This document shows positions 19,187 through 29,118 of a stretch of 64,000 nt of DNA, one piece after another (the stretch's first letter is position 1; each line of letters starts with the position of its first letter). The position numbers and the translations under genes were made by a program. The DNA comes from Alphaproteobacteria bacterium. Its GTDB lineage: Bacteria > Pseudomonadota > Alphaproteobacteria > SP197. The notes beneath the pieces were generated by a model that saw only the letters and a list, made by a program, of their open reading frames with translations, was not told the DNA's origin and did no database searches. The stretch lies in assembly GCA_964291415.2 (NCBI GenBank), contig OZ219920.1, positions 800,001-864,000 of the forward strand. The letters are read 5' to 3'.

Positions 19187-21262
19187 ATGGCTGCAAAACC
19201 CTTCCGCGTCGCGACCGACGTTGGCGGAACCTTTACCGACCTGCTGGTCTTCGAATCCCACGAAGAGACAGGAAAGGCTCGCGTTCGCAGCGCCAAGTCG
19301 GACACCACGCCCGGCGGCTACGAGAGAGGCGTGTTCGACGTCATGGAGAAGGCGGGCATCGCGGCGGACTCGGTGAACTTCCTTGCCCACGGCACGACGG
19401 TGGTCATCAACGCGCTGACCGAACGCACCGGCGTCAAGGTCGGCCTCATCACGACCCAGGGATTTCGCGACACGCTGGAGATTGCGCGCGGCAACCGGCC
19501 CGACTTCTTCAACCTGCACTACCGGAAGCCCGAGCCCTTCGTGCCGCGCCGGCTCCGCCGCGAGTTGCCCGGTCGCATCGATTACCACGGCAACGAGATG
19601 CAGCCCCTCGACCTCACGCCGCTGCCGGAGATCGTCGCGGACTTTCGGGCCGAAGGCGTGGAGGCGGTCGCCATCTGCTTCATCCACTCCTACGCAAACT
19701 CCTCGCACGAGGAGCGGGCGCTGGAGGAACTGGTTCGCCTCTGGCCCGGGGTTTCAGCCATCTCGTCTCACCAGATCACGCGGGAGTGGCGAGAATACGA
19801 GCGCACCAGCACCGCCGTGCTGTCCGCCTACGTACAACCCGTGTCGGAGCGCTACCTCCAACGCCTCGACGCCGGACTCGCCGAGCGCGGCTTCGATGGC
19901 GGCCTCTACCTCATGCAGTCCAACGGCGGCGTCGATTCCGTCGACACTGTCTCGCGGATTCCGATTACCATGGTGGAGTCGGGGCCGGCGTCGGGCGTCT
20001 GGGGCGCAGCCGAGCTCGGACGACTCATCGGCGAGCCCAGCGTGCTGGCCCTGGATATCGGCGGCACCACCGCCAAGTGCTCGCTGATCGAGGACGCCGA
20101 CGTCAGGATCAAGACCGACTACTGGATCGGGCGCAGTCGCGAGACCGCCGGCTATCCGATCATGGTGCCCGTGGTCGATCTGGTGGAGATCGGCAATGGC
20201 GGCGGATCCATCGCCTGGGTCGACGACTTCGGCAAGCTGCACGTCGGTCCGCGGTCCGCCGGCGCCTTGCCGGGTCCTGCCGCCTATGGGCGCGGCGGCA
20301 CCGAGGCCACCACCACCGACGCCAATCTATGGCTCGGCCGGATCAACCGCGACTACTTTTGCGGCGGCGAGGTGGAAGCCGACATGGATGCCGTGCGAAG
20401 GGCCATCGAAGCGGTGGGGGCGCGGCTCGGCGTTGACGCCGACGCGGCCGCCCGCGGCATCGTGCGCATCGCCAACAACAACATGGTGAACGCCCTCAAA
20501 CTGGTTTCGGTCAACCGCGGATTCGACCCGCGCGACTTCACGCTGATCGCCTTTGGCGGCGGTGGCGCGATGCACGCGGTCGCGCTGGCCCAGGAACTCG
20601 GCGTCACCAGGGTGGTGGTGCCGGCAGACGCCTCGGTTTTCTCCGCCTGGGGCATGCTGATGTCCGACCTACGTCGGGACGACGTGGTGACCCTCCTCGT
20701 CGATCTCACCCGCGACAACGCGGCTGTCATCGAGGCGGCGTATGGCGAGGCGGAGGAGCGCGCGCGGAGCCGCTTTGCGGCCGAGGGCATCGCTGCATCG
20801 GCGGTCAAGATCGCGCGCCTCGGCAGATTCCGCTATCAGAACCAGGAGCACACCACCGAGGTGCCGCTGGCGAGAGGCCCGGTGACCGCCGACGATGTCG
20901 CCGTCATCGAAGCCGACTTCCACGAGATCTACGAGCGCGAGTACACCTACAGGCTCGACGCCCCGGTCGAGATGGTGGGCCTCCACGTCGTCGCCACGGT
21001 CGACATCGGCAAGCTCACCGTGATCCCGCGGGAGACGACAGGGCGAATTCTCGCAGACGCGCAGAAGGGCACGCGCCGGGTCGACTATGCACTCGAAGGC
21101 CTGCACGAGGCGGCGCTCTACGACGGCGAGCGGCTGGAGCCCGGCATGGGCTTCGATGGCCCGGCCATCGTGGAGGATCCTGGCACCACGGTCGTCATCC
21201 ACCCCGGCAATCACGCCGAGGTGGATGACTTCGGAAACATCCGCATTCATATTCGCAACTGA
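19187..21262 (+). CDS. Hydantoinase/5-oxoprolinase subunit A (ATP-dependent)
   Basis: Motifs DVGGTFTD, HGTTVVINAL, ESGPASG, DIGGTT and FGGGG. GGAGG RBS. Confidence 0.93.
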   Translation: MAAKPFRVATDVGGTFTDLLVFESHEETGKARVRSAKSDTTPGGYERGVFDVMEKAGIAADSVNFLAHGTTVVINALTERTGVKVGLITTQGFRDTLEIARGNRPDFFNLHYRKPEPFVPRRLRRELPGRIDYHGNEMQPLDLTPLPEIVADFRAEGVEAVAICFIHSYANSSHEERALEELVRLWPGVSAISSHQITREWREYERTSTAVLSAYVQPVSERYLQRLDAGLAERGFDGGLYLMQSNGGVDSVDTVSRIPITMVESGPASGVWGAAELGRLIGEPSVLALDIGGTTAKCSLIEDADVRIKTDYWIGRSRETAGYPIMVPVVDLVEIGNGGGSIAWVDDFGKLHVGPRSAGALPGPAAYGRGGTEATTTDANLWLGRINRDYFCGGEVEADMDAVRRAIEAVGARLGVDADAAARGIVRIANNNMVNALKLVSVNRGFDPRDFTLIAFGGGGAMHAVALAQELGVTRVVVPADASVFSAWGMLMSDLRRDDVVTLLVDLTRDNAAVIEAAYGEAEERARSRFAAEGIAASAVKIARLGRFRYQNQEHTTEVPLARGPVTADDVAVIEADFHEIYEREYTYRLDAPVEMVGLHVVATVDIGKLTVIPRETTGRILADAQKGTRRVDYALEGLHEAALYDGERLEPGMGFDGPAIVEDPGTTVVIHPGNHAEVDDFGNIRIHIRN

Positions 21263-21281
21263 GCGAGATGGTGGCAGCACC

Positions 21282-22997
21282 ATGAACACGACGAGCCCGA
21301 TCGCGAACGACCCGATCACCCTGGAGATCATCCAGAACTCGCTGCAGAGCGCGGCCGACGAGATGTTCGCCGCCATGAAGAAGACGGCGATGAGTTCGAT
21401 CATCTACGAGGTGCTCGACATGGGTACAGGGATCACCGATGCGAAGGGAGAGATCGCCTGCTCCGGCGCCGGCATTCCGGGTTTCGTCGGCGTGCTCGAC
21501 AAGGCCGTGAAGGTGATTGCCGGGAAGTTTGGCGCCCCCGGCGCCGTCGAAGCCGGCGATGTCTTCGTCACCAACGATCCCTACTACGGCGGGGTGACGC
21601 ACCTCAACGACATCGTGGTCGCGATGCCGGTCTTCGCCGAAGACCGCATCATCGCCTGGACCGCGAACATCGCGCACAACTCCGACGTGGGCGGCATGGC
21701 GCCGGGCTCGCTGACCGGCGATGCGACGGAGATCTTTCAGGAAGGGCTCCGCCTTCCCGCCATCAAGATGATCTCCAGGGGCGAGCCCATTCAGCCGGTC
21801 ATGGAGATCATCAAGGTCAACTCGCGCATGCCCGACGTGCTCGAGGGCGACGTATGGGCGGCTGTCGCGTCCGTGCGCATCGGCGCCGCCCGGCTTGCCG
21901 AGATCGCCGGAAAGTATGGCGCCGCCACCTTCGAAGAGGCGATGACCGCGTTCATGGACTATGGCGAACGGGTCTCGCGGGCGGCGCTCTCGACGCTGCC
22001 CAAGGGCGTCTTCACGCTTTCGGAGGAGCAGGACGACGGTCTGGTCTTCAACGTCACGATCACGATCGAGGACGACGAATTCGTCGTCGACCTTGCGGAC
22101 AATCCGGACCAGGCCGCCAGCCCGGTCAACACCAGCCGGGACAGCGTGATCGTGTCGGCCCAGATGATCTTCAAGTCGCTGACCGCCCCCCATTCACCCT
22201 CGAATGCCGGCTCGTTCCGTCCCATCCGCCTGCTGACGAGGGAGGGCTCCGTGTTCCACGCCAGGGAGCCCGCGCCCGTCGGCTTCTACTACGAGGTCGA
22301 CCTGCGCGCCTACGACCTGATGTGGCGCTGCCTCGCCCGGCACATGCCGGAACGTCTGGCGGCCGGGCACTTCGCCTCCGTCTGCGGCACCTTCATCGGC
22401 GGCATCCATCCCGACACTGGCCGCCAGTACACCATCATCGAGCCGCAGCTCGGCGGCTGGGGCGGCCGCGAGGGCATGGATGGCAACAGCGCCATGTTCT
22501 CCGGCGCCCATGGCGAGACCTTCAACTGTCCTGCCGAGGTGAACGAGGCGCGCAACGGGCTCTACGTCGACCAGTTGACGCTCAACCTCGAACCAGGCGG
22601 GGAGGGCCAGTTCACCGGCGGTCGCGGTATCGTCATGGACTACCGCGTGCGCGCGGACGATGGCTTCCTCACCGTCGGGTACACGCGTTCGAAGTATCCT
22701 GCCTGGGCGCTCGACGGCGGCAACGAGGGCTCGCCCAACTACGTCGAGTTCATTCCGCGCGAGGGCGAGCGGCAGCGCTTCGCCTTCGTCTCGGGCCTCA
22801 AGACGCGCCGCGACGACGTGATCCGCGTCGTCACCGGCAACGGCGGCGGCTTCGGAGATCCCAGGAAGCGCGACCCCGAGAATGTGCGCCGCGACGTGAA
22901 GAACGGCCTTATCAGCGCCGAGCGGGCGCGGGAGGTCTACGGCGTGACGGTCGACAAATCCGAGACAGCCGGTTCAGACAACGCGAGGACCTCATGA
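21282..22997 (+). CDS. Hydantoinase B/oxoprolinase family subunit
   Basis: Motifs DPITLEIIQNSL, NDPYYGGVTHLND, HNSDVGG, EIFQEGLRLP and GGGFGDP. Confidence 0.93.
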   Translation: MNTTSPIANDPITLEIIQNSLQSAADEMFAAMKKTAMSSIIYEVLDMGTGITDAKGEIACSGAGIPGFVGVLDKAVKVIAGKFGAPGAVEAGDVFVTNDPYYGGVTHLNDIVVAMPVFAEDRIIAWTANIAHNSDVGGMAPGSLTGDATEIFQEGLRLPAIKMISRGEPIQPVMEIIKVNSRMPDVLEGDVWAAVASVRIGAARLAEIAGKYGAATFEEAMTAFMDYGERVSRAALSTLPKGVFTLSEEQDDGLVFNVTITIEDDEFVVDLADNPDQAASPVNTSRDSVIVSAQMIFKSLTAPHSPSNAGSFRPIRLLTREGSVFHAREPAPVGFYYEVDLRAYDLMWRCLARHMPERLAAGHFASVCGTFIGGIHPDTGRQYTIIEPQLGGWGGREGMDGNSAMFSGAHGETFNCPAEVNEARNGLYVDQLTLNLEPGGEGQFTGGRGIVMDYRVRADDGFLTVGYTRSKYPAWALDGGNEGSPNYVEFIPREGERQRFAFVSGLKTRRDDVIRVVTGNGGGFGDPRKRDPENVRRDVKNGLISAERAREVYGVTVDKSETAGSDNARTS

Positions 22998-23803
22998 AGG
23001 CCAACGCCCCCCTCAAGGTCATGTACCTCAGCCCGACCGGAGCCGACGACTACGATGCTGTCTTCGCCGAGATGGCGCGAAGCTACAAGCTGTCAAGCAC
23101 CGAGGTGCACGTCACCTGCCTCGCCAACCCGGGCGGGAGCTTCACCCACATCGAGTACCGCTCCTACGAGACCATCGTCTCGCGCGGCATCATCCAGGCG
23201 ACTCGCCAGGCGGCGCGGGAGAACTTCGACGCGCTGGCCATCGGCTGCTTCTACGACACGGGCCTGCACGATGCGCGCGAGATTTCGGGCGAGATGGTGG
23301 TGACCGCCCCCTGCCTTGCCTCCTGCGAGATTGCGTCGAGCCTCGCCAACCGCTTCGGCATCATCGTCGGCAGGCGGAAATGGGTAAACCAGATGAACGC
23401 CGTCGCCCGCGAGCACGGCTACGGCGAGCGCCTCAGCGGCTTCTATCACGTGGACCTCGGCGTGAACGACTTCCAGACCGACCATGCGGAGACCAGACGC
23501 CGCCTGGTTGCGGCCGGACGCAAGGCAGTGGAGGAGGACTACGCCGAAGCGCTCATTCTCGGCTGCACGCTGGAGATCGGCTTCTACAAGGAGGTCGAAG
23601 AGGCCGTGGGCGTGCCGGTGATCGACCCCTCCATCGCCGCGATGAAGCGGGCCGAGTATGCCGCCAATCTCAAGCGTCAGTGCGGCTGGGTGCCGAGCCG
23701 GATGTGGTCCTGCGAGCCGCCGCCGGAGGAGGAGATCGCCCGCTTCGGCGGCTTCGACGACGGTGACGCCTTTGCCCGGCGCCTGGTGGTGGAGGCGCAG
23801 TGA
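22994..23803 (+). CDS. Asp/Glu/hydantoin racemase family protein
   Basis: Two catalytic Cys motifs, IGCFYD and ILGCT, plus VPVIDP. ATGA overlap with the upstream gene. Confidence 0.9.
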   Translation: MKANAPLKVMYLSPTGADDYDAVFAEMARSYKLSSTEVHVTCLANPGGSFTHIEYRSYETIVSRGIIQATRQAARENFDALAIGCFYDTGLHDAREISGEMVVTAPCLASCEIASSLANRFGIIVGRRKWVNQMNAVAREHGYGERLSGFYHVDLGVNDFQTDHAETRRRLVAAGRKAVEEDYAEALILGCTLEIGFYKEVEEAVGVPVIDPSIAAMKRAEYAANLKRQCGWVPSRMWSCEPPPEEEIARFGGFDDGDAFARRLVVEAQ

Positions 23804-23857
23804 GGGTCCCGCCAACCCGCCTCTTCGAATGCCGGACAGCCCGGAGAAGAGGATCAG

Positions 23858-24610
23858 CTAGTAGATGCTGAAAGAGAAATAGCGGGCGTTGATCGCCTCG
23901 TAGGTGCCGTCAGCCAGGATCTCCCCGATCGCCTGATTGAGCCGCAGGCGCAGTGTGTCGTCATCCTTGCGGACGGCGATGCCGATGCCCTCGTCGAGGC
24001 GATATCCGTCGCCGGCAAACTCGAAGTCGGCGCCTTGCGGACTCTGCAACCAGTCCCAGAAACCGAGTCCGTCGCCGAAAATCGCGTCAATGCTGCCCTC
24101 GACAAGCGCCTGCAGGGGCGCACCGGATTCCGTGAACAGCCTGATGTCGGCAACTCCCGACAGGTTGGCCTCCAGCCAGTCCGACGAGACTGTCGCGCGC
24201 GCCGCGCCGATGGATCTTCCCGCCGGCGCTTCCGGGTCGAAGCCCGAGTCCTTGCGGCTCACGAATCGGACGACATTGCTGTAGTACCGGTCAGTGAAGG
24301 ACACCAGATGCCTGCGTTGTTCGGTAATCGACATGCTGGAAACGATGGCGTCGAACCTGCCGTCCCGCAGTCCGGGGATCAACTCCTCCCAGTCCTCGCG
24401 GACGAAGGCGCACTCGACCTCCAGCCTTGCGCAAAGCGCCATGGCAATGTCGACATCGAAGCCGCTGAACTGCCCGTCGTCATCGATGTGACTGAAGGGC
24501 GGATAGTCGGGAGCGATGCCGATACGCAACGTTGACTGCTCCGTATCGTCGCCGAACGCGGAGGCCAGAAACAGAAGCGCCAACGCCAGTGCTGCGGTCA
24601 GTACTCTCAC
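23858..24610 (-). CDS. Polar amino-acid ABC transporter substrate-binding protein (family 3), orphan
   Basis: Signal peptide, YPPFS, GFDVDIA, SMSITEQR and GIAVRK. GTG start with a GGAGG RBS. Confidence 0.9.
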   Translation of the reverse strand: MRVLTAALALALLFLASAFGDDTEQSTLRIGIAPDYPPFSHIDDDGQFSGFDVDIAMALCARLEVECAFVREDWEELIPGLRDGRFDAIVSSMSITEQRRHLVSFTDRYYSNVVRFVSRKDSGFDPEAPAGRSIGAARATVSSDWLEANLSGVADIRLFTESGAPLQALVEGSIDAIFGDGLGFWDWLQSPQGADFEFAGDGYRLDEGIGIAVRKDDDTLRLRLNQAIGEILADGTYEAINARYFSFSIY

Positions 24611-24739
24611 GGTCACCTCCCTGTCGATGCCCGCCACGTTATCACGATGGGTGACAGGGTGGGGACGAACTCCCCCCTGGGTCCATTGAAGATCAGGATC
24701 TTTCAGCGGCTGTACGGCGGCCCCACGCGCCGCCCTGGT

Positions 24740-24917
24740 GTGCGGCATCGGTGCGGCCGATGCCCTCAGCGTGGGCACTTCCCATAGTGTGATGTCGCAG
24801 ACGCACAAGGGGCGAGTCCGCGTTGGTGACAGTGACGAAGTCCTGGTATTGCGGAGACAGCTGACTGCGGTCCCCGTGCCACCACAGCAGGATGTGGGGG
24901 AGCGTGCGGCGTTTCAC
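24740..24917 (-). pseudogene. Decayed VapC/PIN toxin remnant
   Basis: GTG start overlaps the antitoxin stop. Reads VKRRTLPHILLWWHGDRSQLS, then a frameshift to CVCDITLWEV. The conserved first Asp is lost and the gene is truncated. Confidence 0.7.
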
Positions 24918-25168
24918 CGCTCCAGCCTGTCCCAGTGCTCTTCCGGAAACACCGGTTCCAGAACATCGCCGATGATGACGACCGTTCCCTTCAGATCGTC
25001 CTGAGGACACCCCTCGTCCTCTCCGGTAGCACGTGAGAGAGCAGCGACAGGCCGGCCGTGCTTCAGAATGACCACCCGCTCGCCCGTCTCATGGACCTGG
25101 TCGAGGATGGCAAGACATCGCGCCTTGAAATCGGATGCGTTGATGGTCGTCTGTCTTGATTGAGGCAT
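24914..25168 (-). CDS. Phd/YefM family antitoxin
   Basis: TINASDFKARCLAILDQVHETGERVVILKHGRPVAAL. Confidence 0.9.
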   Translation of the reverse strand: MPQSRQTTINASDFKARCLAILDQVHETGERVVILKHGRPVAALSRATGEDEGCPQDDLKGTVVIIGDVLEPVFPEEHWDRLER

Positions 25169-25184
25169 GTCGTCAGCGGGCAAG

Positions 25185-26237
25185 TCAGCCGGGGTCGAGT
25201 TCGGGGTCGGGTATCCGTCCGCGCCAGGCCTTGCGGTACTCGTAAACGTCCGTGATCATCATCTCCGTCCACCAGCCGCAACGGGTCGGCGGATAGCGTG
25301 CCGGCCGGTCGTCGTTCACGAACCGCTCGATGGGTGTGACGACGCAGTCATGGTTGGCGCCGAAGAAGAAGGGGAACGACACCCTCTCGCGCCCCGACCT
25401 GTTGATGACCCGGTGAGGCGTTGAGACGAATTCGCCGTTCGTCCAGCGCATCAGCATGTCGCCGATGTTGACGACGATGCTGCCGGGGATCGGCGTCGCC
25501 TGGATCCACTCGCCGTTGCGATGGCCGACCTGGAGGCCGCCGACATCATCCTGGAGAAGGAGGGTGAAACACTCGTAGTCGGTGTGGGCGCCGATACCGA
25601 TACGGCGGGGATCGATGGGCCCGTCCTGCGGCGGATAGTAGATCAGCCGCAACTGGCCCATGGGCTTGTTGGTCCTGTCGTCAAACCAGCCTTCCTCGAG
25701 ACCAAGCGTCATCTCGAACGTGCGCAACAGCATCCGGGCAAGACCGAGGACCGACTCGTAGTAGGAATAGACCGCATCCTGAAAGCCGGGCAGATTGTCG
25801 GGCCAGACGTTGGGGCCAAGCATGATGTTGCCGGCAAGGTAGTCCGGGTCGTCGTGGGGCAGTTCCAGGGAGACCTCGTAGCCTTCCTGGACGTCCGGCT
25901 CGGAATTGATGTCGGCATAGAGACCGCCCTGGGGCACATAGCCGCGGTGGCGCTGAACGTGATCGATGTCGAGCTTCAGCTTTTCTTCAAGGGGCTGATT
26001 GAAAAAACGGAAGGTCTGGTGGATCAGCGAGTCGATCCTGGTCTCCGGAATGCCGTGATTGACGATGTAGAAGAAGCCCGTGTGACGGCAGGCGTCACCG
26101 ATCGCCTGCGCCACCTGGCGCTTCGCGTCGCCCGATCCGTTCCGGAAGGGTGCGAAGTCGATGACCGGGATGGTGCTGATGTCGAGTGTCCTGGCGTCGA
26201 TCGTTTCAGTCCTGTCCAGAGCCGTGCCTGCGGTCAT
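25185..26237 (-). CDS. Isopenicillin N synthase-like 2OG-Fe(II) dioxygenase
   Basis: N-terminal domain IPVIDF...GFFYIVNHGI, the HTD...H facial triad (STPHRV), and an RxS motif (RVS). Confidence 0.93.
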   Translation of the reverse strand: MTAGTALDRTETIDARTLDISTIPVIDFAPFRNGSGDAKRQVAQAIGDACRHTGFFYIVNHGIPETRIDSLIHQTFRFFNQPLEEKLKLDIDHVQRHRGYVPQGGLYADINSEPDVQEGYEVSLELPHDDPDYLAGNIMLGPNVWPDNLPGFQDAVYSYYESVLGLARMLLRTFEMTLGLEEGWFDDRTNKPMGQLRLIYYPPQDGPIDPRRIGIGAHTDYECFTLLLQDDVGGLQVGHRNGEWIQATPIPGSIVVNIGDMLMRWTNGEFVSTPHRVINRSGRERVSFPFFFGANHDCVVTPIERFVNDDRPARYPPTRCGWWTEMMITDVYEYRKAWRGRIPDPELDPG

Positions 26238-26368
26238 GGTTCCCCTTCCGGATTGCCCTCGATTGGCCTGGCGGGAAGTGTGGCGCAAGGGTCGCGCAGG
26301 GACAAGGTCTTGCCCGCCGCCGGTTGCTTGAGCGAAAGTGAGCCGCTCCGAGGCGGGGGAAACCGGAC

Positions 26369-27931
26369 GTGCGGCGTATTGGGATCGATGTCGGGGGGAC
26401 CAACACCGACGCCGTGCTGGTCGATGGCACGACGGTGGTGGCGAGCATCAAGGTTGCGACCACCGCCGATATCATGACCGGCATCTCGCGTGCCCTTGCC
26501 GGAGTGATCGGCGAGCCGGAGGCGTCCGGTCCGGTCGAGGCGGTCATGGTGGGAACCACCCGCTTCACCAATTCCATTGTCGAGGGGCGCAACCTGGACT
26601 CTGTCGCCTGCCTGCGCATCGGTCTTCCCGCCAGCCGCACGCTCGCGCCCCTTGTGGACTGGCCATCCCGTCTCGCGAAACCTGTTCGTGGCCTGGTCTG
26701 CAGTGTCGAGGGTGGGCACGAGGTCGACGGCAGGGTTCTTGTCGCTCTCGACGAGGAGGCGGTTGCCGCCTTCGCCGACCGGGTTGCCGACAGCGAGTGC
26801 CGCAACGTGGCGATTGCCTCGATATTCTCACCTCTCAACAGGTCCTGCGAGGAACGGGCCCGGGACATCATTGCCATGCGGTGCCCCGACTGCCGTATCA
26901 CGCTGTCGGCCGATATCGGAAGGATCGGTCTCCTGGCGCGCGAGAATGCCGCCATCCTCAATGCCAGTCTGCGCCCCCTTGCAGAGCGCTTCACCAGGGC
27001 CCTGGACGACGCCCTGGAAGACGCAGGCCTCGACTCCCGTCTCTATCTCACCCGGAACGACGGCACGGTTCTGCTTGCCGGGGAAGCCGAGCGGTTTCCT
27101 GTCTTCAGCCTGGCCTGCGGACCGACCAATTCGATGCGGGGCGCCGCCCTTCTGAGTGGGCTTGACCACGGCATCGTCGTCGATGTCGGTGGCACGACGA
27201 GCGACGTCGGCATGCTGGAGGCAGGATTCCCGCGAGAAGCGAACAATGTCGTCATCCTGTCCGGTATCAGGACCCTCTTTCGCATGCCCGATCTCATTTC
27301 GATCGGTCTTGGCGGCGGGTCACTGGTCGACGAGAAGGCGGGCACCATCGGACCTGCCAGCACGGGCCACGAGATTGATCCGCGGGCCCGTGTCTTTGGC
27401 GGCGACGAACTGACGGCAAGCGATCTGGGCGTGGCGGCGAACAGGCTTGATCTTGGCGACAGGGGCCGTCTGGCGGACCTCGATCCGGCGACGGCCGATT
27501 CCCTTCTCGACGTCGCCTCGACCATGCTCGCCGACGCCATCGACCGCATCAAGGTCCGTGCCGGCGATGAGCCGGTCATCGCCGTGGGAGGAGGGGCCTT
27601 TCTCGTGGCGGACGACGTCAGGGGCGCCAGCGAGGTGATCCGCGTCGAACATGGCGCCGTCGCCAACGCGGTGGGTGCGGCCATGGCCCAGGTTTCGGGA
27701 GAATGCGACCGGGTGTTCACGGGCCTGGCGCGGGACGAGGCACTCCGCCGCGCCCGCACCATGGCCGAGGAGAACGCCGTCGCCGGCGGCGCCGAGGCGC
27801 GGACGCTGCAGACCGTCGACATGGAGGATCTGCCCCTTGCCTACCTTCCGGGCAATGCGCTGCGCGCCAGGGTGCGCGTCGTGGGCGACATCGCCACTGA
27901 GGCTCAGCCGTCGGCCGTGACGCCTGACTGA
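26369..27931 (+). CDS. Stand-alone hydantoinase A-like protein
   Basis: Motifs IGIDVGGTNTDAVL, GPTNSMRGAA, DVGGTTSD and ANAVGAA. Confidence 0.9.
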   Translation: MRRIGIDVGGTNTDAVLVDGTTVVASIKVATTADIMTGISRALAGVIGEPEASGPVEAVMVGTTRFTNSIVEGRNLDSVACLRIGLPASRTLAPLVDWPSRLAKPVRGLVCSVEGGHEVDGRVLVALDEEAVAAFADRVADSECRNVAIASIFSPLNRSCEERARDIIAMRCPDCRITLSADIGRIGLLARENAAILNASLRPLAERFTRALDDALEDAGLDSRLYLTRNDGTVLLAGEAERFPVFSLACGPTNSMRGAALLSGLDHGIVVDVGGTTSDVGMLEAGFPREANNVVILSGIRTLFRMPDLISIGLGGGSLVDEKAGTIGPASTGHEIDPRARVFGGDELTASDLGVAANRLDLGDRGRLADLDPATADSLLDVASTMLADAIDRIKVRAGDEPVIAVGGGAFLVADDVRGASEVIRVEHGAVANAVGAAMAQVSGECDRVFTGLARDEALRRARTMAEENAVAGGAEARTLQTVDMEDLPLAYLPGNALRARVRVVGDIATEAQPSAVTPD

Positions 27932-29118
27932 GTGAAGCGGGTGATGTCGCTGTCGCTGTAGCCCAGTTCCGCGAGAATCTCCCGGGTGTACTGGCCGTAG
28001 ACCGTGGCCGGCCGTGCCGGACCGCCGGGCGTCGCCGAGAACTTGACCGGCAGGCCAAGGGTCTGCACCTTCCCGGCGACAGGGTGGTCCTGCGTCACCA
28101 CCATTTCGCGGTCCAGCGCCTGGGGATCCCGGTGCATGCCCGGAATGGTGTTGATGGGTCCGCTGGGCATGCCGGCCGTCTCGAGTTCCGCGATCCACTC
28201 GTTGGTCGTCTTCACCGACATGCGCTCGTCAAGCTCGCTTGCAAGTTCCGCAACATTGGCCATGCGCTTGGCGTTGGTGTCGAATCGCGGGTCGTTTTCG
28301 AGGGCGGGGTCCACCAGTTCGCAGAACTTCGGCCACATCCAGCCGCCGGCACTGACCGTGATATGGCCGTCTTTCGTGCGAATGGCCTGGTAGGGGGCAA
28401 CAAGGGGGTGCCCGGACCCCAGGGGTTGCGGCGCCTCGCCGGTGGCAAAGGCGATGGCCGAATGCCAGTAGGTCTGGACGATACCGGCCTCGAAGAGGGA
28501 GGTGTCGACCATCTGCCCTTCGCCCGTCGCGTCGCGGTGGCGAAGGGCAGCGCACAGGCCCATGGCGAGCAGGATGCCGGCAGTGATGTCGGTCATCGGC
28601 ACGCCGGGCTTCACGGGAGGGCGTCCCGGCGCCTCTCCGGTCACGCTCATGATTCCGGACATGGCCTGGGCCATGAGATCGTAGCCCGGGCGCTGGCCAT
28701 AGGGCCCTGTCCTGCCGAAACCGCTCACCGCGCCGTAGATGATGGCGGGATTGACCGCGCGGGCATCCTCGTAGCCGAGACCGAGGCGGTCGAGCACGCC
28801 GGGGCGGAAGTTCTCGACGATGATGTCCGCAGACGCGATGAGGCGCCTTGCGATGTCGACTGCCTCCTTGCGCTTGAGATCGAGTGGAAGGCCCCGCTTG
28901 TTGCGGTTGACGATCATGTAGGACGCCGACACGCCGTTGATCCAGTAGGGATCGTCGGCATTGTGGGACGGGTCCTCTTCGAAGGGGACGCGCTCGATCT
29001 TGATGACGTCGGCTCCCATGTCGGCGAGCATCAGCGTGCAGGTCGGACCGGCCATCACATGGGTGAAGTCGATGACACGGACGCCGTTGAGGGGCCCATA
29101 GCCGCTTTCCACGGTCAT
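27904..29118 (-). CDS. CaiB/BaiF family III CoA-transferase
   Basis: Motifs GPLNGVRVIDF, GADVIKIE, NRNKR, ENFRPG and GFGRTGPY..GYD. Confidence 0.94.
   Translation of the reverse strand: MTVESGYGPLNGVRVIDFTHVMAGPTCTLMLADMGADVIKIERVPFEEDPSHNADDPYWINGVSASYMIVNRNKRGLPLDLKRKEAVDIARRLIASADIIVENFRPGVLDRLGLGYEDARAVNPAIIYGAVSGFGRTGPYGQRPGYDLMAQAMSGIMSVTGEAPGRPPVKPGVPMTDITAGILLAMGLCAALRHRDATGEGQMVDTSLFEAGIVQTYWHSAIAFATGEAPQPLGSGHPLVAPYQAIRTKDGHITVSAGGWMWPKFCELVDPALENDPRFDTNAKRMANVAELASELDERMSVKTTNEWIAELETAGMPSGPINTIPGMHRDPQALDREMVVTQDHPVAGKVQTLGLPVKFSATPGGPARPATVYGQYTREILAELGYSDSDITRFTQSGVTADG

Noticed and set aside
21854-23803. Apparent 649-aa fusion ending in a racemase
   Set aside because: The Arg-rich N-terminal part is an off-frame read of hydantoinase B. 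The real start is the ATG at 22994, with a GAGG RBS.
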